Assembly: GCA_000002435.2 (NCBI GenBank)
Contig: CM018793.1
From: Giardia intestinalis
Taxonomy: Eukaryota
Direction: 5' to 3' (one strand)
Length of the DNA stretch: 64,000 nucleotides
Both the position numbers and the translations under genes were made by a program. The notes below the pieces were generated by a model. That model was given only the letters and a program-made list of their open reading frames with translations. It did no database searches and was not told where the DNA came from. Positions 1 through 8,600 of the stretch are shown one piece after another. Numbering within the stretch: the first letter of the stretch is position 1; the number at the start of each line of letters is the position of its first letter.

Positions 1-1
1 T

Positions 2-136
2 GCGGCTGCCACCGCCGCGGCTGCTGCCCCTGAGGAGGCCAAGAAGGAGGAGTCTGACGACGACGAGATTGTCGGTGCCGGTGGGATGTTCGGCGGCGAC
101 TCGTCTTCCTCTGAGGAGGAGTCCTCGTCTGACTAG
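2..136 (+). CDS. 3'-terminal fragment of an acidic ribosomal stalk P-protein-like CDS (5' end outside window); stop TAG 134-136
   Basis: Frame 2 reads AAATAAAAAPEEAKKEESDDDEIVGAGGMFGGDSSSSEEESSSD*. An Ala-rich hinge followed by KKEESDDD is the hallmark C-terminus of eukaryotic P0/P1/P2 stalk proteins. An AGTGAAC poly(A) signal lies ~26 nt downstream. Confidence 0.55.
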   Translation, partial: AAATAAAAAPEEAKKEESDDDEIVGAGGMFGGDSSSSEEESSSD

Positions 137-161
137 GCGATCTTGCTGGGCTCCATCTCCG

Positions 162-168
162 AGTGAAC
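162..168 (+). promoter_or_regulatory. Giardia-type polyadenylation signal AGTGAAC for the P-protein-like gene
   Basis: Exact match to the AGT(A/G)AA(C/T) consensus, a short distance after stop codon 134-136. Confidence 0.5.
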
Positions 169-216
169 GCTGAGCAACGCATCTCTTTTCGCACCAAATC
201 CAGAGCTACACAGAGG

Positions 217-223
217 GTTTACT
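217..223 (-). promoter_or_regulatory. Polyadenylation signal AGTAAAC (minus strand) for the ankyrin gene 230..3364
   Basis: The plus strand has gtttact 6 nt beyond the TGA stop (plus-strand tca at 230-232), matching the Giardia AGTRAAY signal. Confidence 0.55.
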
Positions 224-229
224 CCGTAA

Positions 230-3200
230 TCATATCAAGTGCTGCGCCTGTCTGAACACTTTCTCAACCTCGTGGATGATGAGAGCATTTCCGCTTTCGC
301 GTGCATAGGAGAGGGTATCGCGGCCTGTTGCGGTCATCTGGTCGTGCTCGTCAGGCAGCATCTTCATTACACAGGGGAGGTGGGAATTTTGGCAAGCGAT
401 CATTAAAGCGGTGCGGCCGTCAACGGTCTGCATTTTCTTTTCAAGAGGGAGCAGAACCGAGACAATCTCATCAAATCCGTTCGCACACGCAGCCATCAGT
501 GCAGTTGCGCCATCCTGTGGGCGCTTAAACGACGCCTCTTTCTCTGCAAGTACCTTTACACACGCAAGATGTCCGAAAGAGGCTGCATACATCAACGCAG
601 TCATACCATCCCTGTCAGCCACACAATCTTCATATTCAAGAAGCGATTTAACGCACTCCAAATGACCGTACTCAGCCGCATACATTAGTGCCGTGCGGCC
701 ACAGCCATCTACCTCCCCACGCTGCGTATCGAGAAGCCTCTGCACCTCCGTGATGTTCCCTCCCTTCGCTGCCAGCATAAGCTCTGTCTTATTACAAAAA
801 GGAGACACGCTATAATCAATTAAGGAAGTAGTGCTACGTAAAGGCACGTCCGAGTTAACCTTGTGGCCTGTACGATGTGTGGAGTTTGTGGACACGTTGC
901 TGCTCGTAATAGGTGACCCGGAACTCGTCCTGACAAGAAGTTGATTGAATCCGAGAGTCTTAGAGGGTGACTTAACAGTGGAGGTGCCTTTCCTTGTGCT
1001 AGATGTCTTTGTAAGATCTGGGTTGCGAGATTGAGTTGGGGAAGTATGAAACCCAAGCACATCTTCATGTGTGCGCGGGAAAAGAAGACGGTCTGCTGCC
1101 CGAGGAATAAATCCGTGCTCCTCAAGCTTAAGTGTTGCAGAGCGCACCGTGCCTGTGAAGCGATTGGCTGCGATGCTGTTAGCCATAAATGCATTTGGAT
1201 TTCCTTGAACATAGATGCCTCCTGGGGATGCACTGGTTACCAGGTGCGCAGTATTAGTGGCCGTGTTTATCAGAACAGAGTCATCAGTATAGCCAGCTGC
1301 CTTTAGATTCTTCATTTGGTAACAATTGGCGCACCCCTGCATCTGGCTGACGCAAGCTGCAGCGAACGCACGTGTTTCCTCGAGAGCGTTTTGAAGGGCA
1401 GCAATACGTTTATCTTTGGCATGCAGTTGGCAGGCTATTTCTGTAAGCTTGGCGGTACATTCGGGGCAGGTGCAATAAAGCCTGATGCCGTAGTAATCGG
1501 CAGGTAAGATTCCTTGAATCTGAGCAGGGCCCATAGTAGCATTAGGATCAGGGGGTATGCTCCCCTGTGTGGTAACAAGGATGCTTCTGGAGGGAGAGTT
1601 AGAGTGGTCAATACGTTCATGTAAAGGCCTGCCCTTGGCGTCTGTCTTTGGCGTGTACTGTCTAGGAACGATTAGTGTGGGATCCAACTTTTCGTGACTG
1701 CTGACGGAAGGAAACGGAACGTGCTTCTCCACCGAAGTGCCTATTAGCGGAAACGGATTTGTGGAGTCGATGACATCTTCGTTCCTGTGGAACGCCCTGT
1801 TCCTTTCTTGGATATCTTGGCGCTTACGCCGCAGCTCCTCGTGCTCACGCTCTATCTCCTCCGCGCTTAGCCTGATATCGGCCCTGCCGCAAGTGCCGTT
1901 GTTTGCTGGCTCCCCCGAACCGTAATGCTCGACACCCTCCGGAACAGTGTATCCCACTCGCTGGTTAGCACGGAACACAGAGTCCTCTGTCTGACCGCCC
2001 TCGTCATCACTGGAGTATGCTTCATACGCATCGTTTACTACTCCGGCAGCCGATATCTGATTGATGATATCATCAACATCGACCTCATCCTGAGTAGCAG
2101 CGCCAACGTTGATCGGTCCGGCTGTCCCTTCTACAGATTCATCGAGAGCAGACGCACGAAGAGTATCCTCAACTGTGCCCTTAACGTCAGCGGAGGGGGG
2201 ATAGGCGGTCAATTGGGCGAGGGTGACTGGAAGCAGAGGCGGGGGTGATTCGGGATTTCCGTCGGTTGGAAACATTGCTGACAAGGCCTCCAGGCGAGAG
2301 GCGCTAGCCTTCATAAGCTCCACTTCGCGTTCGGCAGCCGCCTGCTCAGCAAGGGCGAGACGCTCAGCCGCTTTTCGCGATCGCTCCGCAGCATTCTCAG
2401 CGAGCCTACGCTGGATGGAGTCGGCTTCCCTTTGCTCTTCTGCACGGCGTTCTGCGGCCTTGGCCGCAAGGACCTCTTCTTCAGATGGAGGCCTCTCCTT
2501 CTCGCGCTCAGAGGCCAGCTCATCGATATTACTAACGAAATCTTCCATAGCCTTTTTCTTTTTGTCTATCTCATATCTGTTGACGACCTGGCAGACCTTC
2601 TGTTGAGCTAGACGCATAGACTCGCTGAGACCCTCCATTGGAGGAACGACCTCATTCTTGAAGGATTCGGTCATCACCTTAGAGTGGCTCATGATCACGT
2701 TGGCCTTTTCCTGAGCCGACATTTCAGCAACTAATGCCAAGGCCTTCGACGAAACCTTCGACGACTGCAGGAGACGCATGCTCGCAGTAATGACACTAGG
2801 GTCTATGTCCGGGAAGTCGAAGGACGCAATGTAATCGGCTATATTCTGGAAACCGTGGTCCTTGGCGATCTTGATGGCACGAGCAGCATCGTGTTTGGAT
2901 ATATGGTTCCCCAGCTCGATTAGCTTCTTGACCGACTCCGTCTTTCCCAGGCTACACGCCAACTCGAACGAAGTCATTCCGGCACTATCGCGGGCACGTT
3001 TGAGCGCACCGTGCATCAGCACGATGGACCTTAGGCTCTCCATTGCAGCAGCAAAATGCAAGGGCGTAGAGCCGTCCTTGAGCCGGGTAGCTATCTCGTA
3101 CATGCACATGTCCGAGACGCAGCCAGGCTGGTCGTACCTGATGGCAGTGAGGATGGCATTCTCGCCGCGGTCATTGCAGATGCCGTGCTCAATGGGGGCA

Positions 3201-3364
3201 AGAAGCTTTGTTATGCGCCTATCTCCGCGTTTACACGCGAGGATCAGAGCAGTGTCACCGCGGCTGTTCTTCTTCTTTGCATACGTGGGCAGTGCCTCCA
3301 CGATGGCATCTATGTCTCCGACCTCACACGCCCTGAACCACTGCAAATAGTTTTGGACCTTCAT
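230..3364 (-). CDS. Ankyrin-repeat plus coiled-coil protein, Giardia 'Protein 21.1'-like, 1044 aa
   Basis: Complete ORF ATG..TGA. N-terminal ankyrin repeats (e.g. NSRGDTALILACKRGDRRITKLL, GSTPLHFAAAMESLRSIVLM). Central charged coiled-coil (EREKERPPSEEEVLAAKAAERRAEEQREADSIQRRLAENAAERSRKAAERLALAEQAAAEREVELMKASASRLEAL). Four C-terminal ankyrin repeats (GRTALMYAAEYGHLECVKSLL, DGMTALMYAASFGHLACVKVLA, GATALMAACANGFDEIVSVLL, GRTALMIACQNSHLPCVMKML). An AT-rich element lies just upstream of the ATG. Confidence 0.85.
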   Translation of the reverse strand: MKVQNYLQWFRACEVGDIDAIVEALPTYAKKKNSRGDTALILACKRGDRRITKLLAPIEHGICNDRGENAILTAIRYDQPGCVSDMCMYEIATRLKDGSTPLHFAAAMESLRSIVLMHGALKRARDSAGMTSFELACSLGKTESVKKLIELGNHISKHDAARAIKIAKDHGFQNIADYIASFDFPDIDPSVITASMRLLQSSKVSSKALALVAEMSAQEKANVIMSHSKVMTESFKNEVVPPMEGLSESMRLAQQKVCQVVNRYEIDKKKKAMEDFVSNIDELASEREKERPPSEEEVLAAKAAERRAEEQREADSIQRRLAENAAERSRKAAERLALAEQAAAEREVELMKASASRLEALSAMFPTDGNPESPPPLLPVTLAQLTAYPPSADVKGTVEDTLRASALDESVEGTAGPINVGAATQDEVDVDDIINQISAAGVVNDAYEAYSSDDEGGQTEDSVFRANQRVGYTVPEGVEHYGSGEPANNGTCGRADIRLSAEEIEREHEELRRKRQDIQERNRAFHRNEDVIDSTNPFPLIGTSVEKHVPFPSVSSHEKLDPTLIVPRQYTPKTDAKGRPLHERIDHSNSPSRSILVTTQGSIPPDPNATMGPAQIQGILPADYYGIRLYCTCPECTAKLTEIACQLHAKDKRIAALQNALEETRAFAAACVSQMQGCANCYQMKNLKAAGYTDDSVLINTATNTAHLVTSASPGGIYVQGNPNAFMANSIAANRFTGTVRSATLKLEEHGFIPRAADRLLFPRTHEDVLGFHTSPTQSRNPDLTKTSSTRKGTSTVKSPSKTLGFNQLLVRTSSGSPITSSNVSTNSTHRTGHKVNSDVPLRSTTSLIDYSVSPFCNKTELMLAAKGGNITEVQRLLDTQRGEVDGCGRTALMYAAEYGHLECVKSLLEYEDCVADRDGMTALMYAASFGHLACVKVLAEKEASFKRPQDGATALMAACANGFDEIVSVLLPLEKKMQTVDGRTALMIACQNSHLPCVMKMLPDEHDQMTATGRDTLSYARESGNALIIHEVEKVFRQAQHLI

Positions 3365-3681
3365 CTATGTGCCTCCTTTATTTTCTGCGTGCGTCACCTT
3401 TTTTTATTTTGGCGCAATTTTCAAAAACCGATACCCAGACCACTCTGGACGTTTCACTGATGTACTATCGTTATTAGCAATCACATAGGGACCGCCGTAT
3501 AGTTTTCTGTTCACTAAGCAATTTCTATTAGCCCTAATTAGGTTCTTTTAACCGATGGATGTATTCTTCTTTCCTTGCTGGCCATCTTATTTAGTATATT
3601 CGCCCGCTATTTCCCCTCCTTGGCACAGGCATATACGCCCTTAAAATATCAAACGTCAGGGTGCCGTAAATCACTTTAAAA

Positions 3682-5634
3682 ATGAAACCCATTCTAGATG
3701 AATCTACTGATGTACCTGTTTCTATTCTTCCAATTAGTGAGATTGAGAATCTGGTAAGGGCCAAAGATATTATTTCTCTAGTTTCTAGGCCGTATTTCGC
3801 GGCCGCCATTAAATCACTCTATCCCCCCGTGATGAACCTTATGGACGATCAGAATGTGATACAGCAGGTGATGGTGACGGTCTATTATCAGGAAAACCAG
3901 TCTGAGAGCGCGCTGCAGACAGTTAAGACCAACCTCGTCAGTGCGTTTCAGGACTGCGGCACTGGGAGCATTGCATTGGCAGCGCTTATGTTCAAGCATC
4001 CCATTGTTCTAAGTAGAATTTTCCAAAAGCTCACAGAGATCACCATTTTAGACACAGAAAGCATGATACTTTCATTTGAAAAGCTTAATACGCCATCAAC
4101 CCGGTACTTCTTCGAGGTAGTTACAGCAGCCTTGTCATCATTTACTTTGCATCACGAGCACCTAGTAGCGTTTATCAATTACTTGCTTGCGTTCCCAGCG
4201 TCCTTTGATGGCCTTGTGTCTTTGTCTGGATACGCCTGTTTTCAGACCTTGTTGGAAGCGCTGTTTGTAGTTAAATTAAATAGAACGATGGAGGTTACCT
4301 CCAAGATAACCTCTGCGTGGCGTGAAGGAGGCATGGGGTCCAGGATGCTCACATGTCTGATCCGCTCCTTTTCATATACGAATCGCACGATCACCTGTGT
4401 AGATCTTACCAGAGGGATTGCCGATATATTAATAAAGGGACTACTACTGGACATTGATTATATAGTCGAAAGTACACTTGAGGCGATTCCCGAGCTGACT
4501 AGAATCATCGCATTTTCAGACCAATCTGCAGCATACACAGATTTGTGCGACTTTGCTGATCATATTCACATGAAGGCGGACGCCCTTCGCTCCCTTGTTG
4601 ACCTGTGGGTTTGCGCTGTGAGATGCCTTATGATACGGATACACCAGAACGCTGTTTCCATCTACTCGTACCAAGACAGTCCTATATATGCCTCTGGCGC
4701 GACTATCACTGTCTCGGATATGAAACAGCACAACATTTTCGTGGTAGATATCTTTCAGCAGTTCATAGATGTGTTGCAAAGCGGAGACTTTTCAATGACT
4801 CTGGTAGGAGATTACATGCATCCACCAATACTGCACTTAACTCTACAGAGACTCACAGCGGTAGCGCGCTTGCTCTGCGTGGCTGGGGACATACGTAGCT
4901 TTCATTATTTCAAGACACATGGATACTATCCGCCAGATTACTTTATGGATCCTGAGAATACTCACAGCACAACTAACCACCAAATTGGAAAGGTGTACGG
5001 TGCCCTGCCACCGACTGCGCACCTCACCATCATTGGGTCTGACGATGTACCAATAGAGGAGCTGTGTCAGACTGACAATGGAGCTGTTGTCGAGGCCTCT
5101 ATGCTTGGAATTGTGAAAGCGCTGCTGCAAGCTAATGTGCACGCCTTTGTCAACTGCATTTTCAGCAACTCGTCTAATGATTTGCAGTGCTTACTTTCTC
5201 TCTGTACAGCCGTTGACTCCCTTCTTCTGGAATACAGGTTCATGATTCCGCAGCTAATAGAACAGGTTGTAGCCAATGAGTACATCACTACTCTATTTTC
5301 TGATACTCTCAAAGGCATCTCCTCGTTAGTTGCTCACAACTCAAACTTCACAGTGGAAGAGAGCCTTACGGATAGGCTTACAAATAGACATAGGTTACGC
5401 CTACCTTTGAAAGCCGTTTTTGTTTGCTCTTTTGTCCAGAACCTTTACAAGATGCTCGACAATGAAGGCGATAGAAGACAGTTAATAGGAAAAAGAATGC
5501 TTAGTCTGCAGAACATAAAGATCTCGTTCACAAGCGAATCCCAGCAACAGAAGCGTGGACAAGACCCGCTGGCTTCATTCCTCAATGAAGGGTCTGTTAT
5601 ACACAGTATACTCAGGTACAGCTCACCTTTGTAA
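3682..5634 (+). CDS. Hypothetical protein, 650 aa, no recognisable domain
   Basis: Long uninterrupted ORF. The ATG sits in a typical Giardia AT-rich initiator (cactttaaaaATGaaa). Stop TAA 5632-5634 lies 10 nt from the stop of the convergent gene. Confidence 0.6.
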   Translation: MKPILDESTDVPVSILPISEIENLVRAKDIISLVSRPYFAAAIKSLYPPVMNLMDDQNVIQQVMVTVYYQENQSESALQTVKTNLVSAFQDCGTGSIALAALMFKHPIVLSRIFQKLTEITILDTESMILSFEKLNTPSTRYFFEVVTAALSSFTLHHEHLVAFINYLLAFPASFDGLVSLSGYACFQTLLEALFVVKLNRTMEVTSKITSAWREGGMGSRMLTCLIRSFSYTNRTITCVDLTRGIADILIKGLLLDIDYIVESTLEAIPELTRIIAFSDQSAAYTDLCDFADHIHMKADALRSLVDLWVCAVRCLMIRIHQNAVSIYSYQDSPIYASGATITVSDMKQHNIFVVDIFQQFIDVLQSGDFSMTLVGDYMHPPILHLTLQRLTAVARLLCVAGDIRSFHYFKTHGYYPPDYFMDPENTHSTTNHQIGKVYGALPPTAHLTIIGSDDVPIEELCQTDNGAVVEASMLGIVKALLQANVHAFVNCIFSNSSNDLQCLLSLCTAVDSLLLEYRFMIPQLIEQVVANEYITTLFSDTLKGISSLVAHNSNFTVEESLTDRLTNRHRLRLPLKAVFVCSFVQNLYKMLDNEGDRRQLIGKRMLSLQNIKISFTSESQQQKRGQDPLASFLNEGSVIHSILRYSSPL

Positions 5635-5644
5635 TCAGGAAAAG

Positions 5645-8600
5645 TCATTTAGAGTTCTTATTTAGTTCTGCTTCCAATGCATTTAGGCAATCCATATACG
5701 CGTGCTGTGAGTGACCTGGTGTATCCGTAATAGATCCCTTCACTTTACCGGTTTTGCTTAGCCTTGCCGTCTTGATTACATTGATCTTATTCTCAGCTAT
5801 CCAGATGGAGTGTTGCTTTTTGAGAGATACTAAGAGCTTCATCACCGAGCTCTCCCCCATATTATAGGAGCTAATTAAAAGAGGAGCCAGGCTTCCCTCT
5901 AAATATGCAGTGAACTCTCCCTCCTCTTCCGTTCCGGTTGCCTTGCTATCTAGACCAGCATCCCGCAGGGCGTACTCGTGAATCTGAGTGATGGCCTCCT
6001 TGGGGGAAGTCTGCAGAAGAGACAAGTTCGCCTTTAGAGAGACCTGCTTTGTAGTCCTTGAGAACCCGGCAGGGGCAGTTACTAGACGCTCTCTCTCGAC
6101 CTTACTTGCGCCGCTCTCAAATCCAGGGATCTTGGATTTATGTCTAGAGATAGATGCGTTCGCAGATTCAGTGGTTGCAATAGCACTGCTCATATAGTTG
6201 GCAATCTCTGCTGCCGCATGGTGGGCAACATCATTATGCAGCGAGGGGGGCCCAATCAGTCGTGCAGCTTGAGCACCAGGTGTGGCACTATCCCTTGACC
6301 TGTCCTCAGAATATGAAGCACTGTCCTGCAGTGACATTGGCGAGTTATCGCTGTTATGAGATATGCTGTATCCAGTTCCTGGATATCCTAGACTGGTAAG
6401 GAATATCTCATAATAAGGAGGGATGATCTCTAGTTGGTCAATGATGCCACTGCCGATTGTCGACTTCACATACGTTTCTGTCATTGATCTCACAAAGCGC
6501 AAACAGAGGCGAACATCCTTGCTGTCCACGCCGTAAAGTTCATAGGAGCGGTGATACATATCTGCAAATACCTTGTTTGTGTCTGGATTAAGTAGATAGA
6601 AGACATTTTCTGGAGAAACCCCGTGCTCTAATTGAAGATACGTCAAGACGTGGTCACAAGCAGTATTGAAGCAGGTGGCAAGCATCTGAATGAACTTCAG
6701 TGGATCGAGCTGCATCGTGGCTGATCCATTGCTATCACCTTGTAGTTCTTTGCGCGCTGGATTGATCTGGCTTTGTAAGGAATCTGTAATGGGTATAAAC
6801 ATTTTTGTAAGGACTTCGTTTTGCAAGTGTAATAAATATGAACCATGCTGAGCAAGGTTTTCAGGAATAAACCGAAAGACAAGCGCGGGCATTGCCGTAA
6901 TTTCTGCATTAAGGTCTTCTGCGTCATTGCTGTGCCGTGCAACAAAATAGTCGCAGGTAAAGCTCATAAGGGTCACATAGACCTCTAGGAGTAGACTCAT
7001 ATTTGCTTTAGCGAGCGTCTCGATGTTTCCATTAGAAAGTAGAGACATCATTATCCCGATGTAAAGCTCAATAACGTCAGTCACAATCTCCTCTGTCTCA
7101 TCAACAAAAAGCCCTTGAATCAATGACCTGTTACAAAAGTAGCCTATCTCAACAAGAATGGTCGCCGCGTCATGGCTGCTCAGAAACTTTGAACACCCTT
7201 GTGACTCAACACATTCCAGCAGTACAATTGCTGCGTAGCGTACAAGGCGATAGACCAGCTTAGATCCTATGTGCTCATTGACACTTGTATTAAGTGCGCT
7301 GATAGCACTCTTGCTCAGGCTTACCCCAAGACTTGCTCCAATGCATGGCTGTATGACTCCAATAGCATTATCCCTATGTATCCTTAAGATGCGTACAACC
7401 AGCTGTACAAGAAGTCGGCAAAGAGAAGAGTGTAAAAGCTCCTTGTGGTCGCGCACATGGTTGATGAGCAGCTTCATGGCCGTAATTACCGGTTCAGTCG
7501 ACTTGCTGATTTCTTCTTCTGGTACAGAAAGCTGAGAGATGATCTTAGATAGCTTTGTATCGACGTCATGGAAGGGTATCATAGAAGCAATGATGGATTG
7601 AACAGATGGAGGACAGCCATGCGAGAATTGCGCAGACAGCACAGTAAACGGCACATCCTTTTGCAAAACTAAGAGAAAGGTTCTAAACAGCGACTGTAAG
7701 GACTCGAGTGCTCGCTCATCTCGCTCATACATGCGCAGGAAATCAATAGTGGTGGTGAGACACCAGGAAATACTAGTGCTTTGATTGACAGAAGGGAACA
7801 GAGGCACATTCTTACTGCTCATCTCGGAGCAGATAGACCTTATGCAGTTTGAGAGCTCGACAATGTTGACTGGAACCTGAAGGCTGTCTGGATCCGAGAG
7901 TAGTAAGACCTCACTGGAAGTGAGGTTAAACACATGTCTGGGCTCTTGTGATAGACTAACAAACAGAGGAAAGATGGTGTTCGATATCGTGGTAAGGGCT
8001 TCCGTACAATCACTGTCTTTTGAGGTGGGAGGACAGTCACCAGTTGACGCTTTCAGAAGAAGCACAATTCGCACAAGCACAGGAGCTATAGTGTCGATAG
8101 AGTTTTTAGTCAAGCCTGGCAGAGAGGGTGTAAAAAAGCTCACAAGAAGAGTTTCTAAGGTCTTAGCAATCTTGGTAAACAGGTCTGGGGGCAACAATAA
8201 ACTTGAATTAGGAAATGGATTGGCAGTACTAAAGGATAAAGAAAATAAAAGGACACAGTATCGACAGAAGAACTCAAAGAGCTGCACAAAGGTTGCTTGG
8301 ATCATACGATAGGTAAGTCCTTCCGCAGTACCAGACGAATGGGGCGAAATCTTAAGCACGTAGAGAGAATTGCAGGCTGTTCCCTTTGAATGTAAAAAAG
8401 TTAGAAGATCATGAATGGTGCACTTGGAAGCAAAGTCACAGGCTAAGGATAAGAAGTGATTAATGGATGCCATATCCAGCTGCAGCAGATTGATATCGAA
8501 GTTCCTAAAAAGCTCACAGGCTGTCACAAACAGGCCGTCTATAAACTCTTGTAGATTTAACAGGCATATGCTTTCAGGTCCTGCCAGCAGGAGAGTGTTG

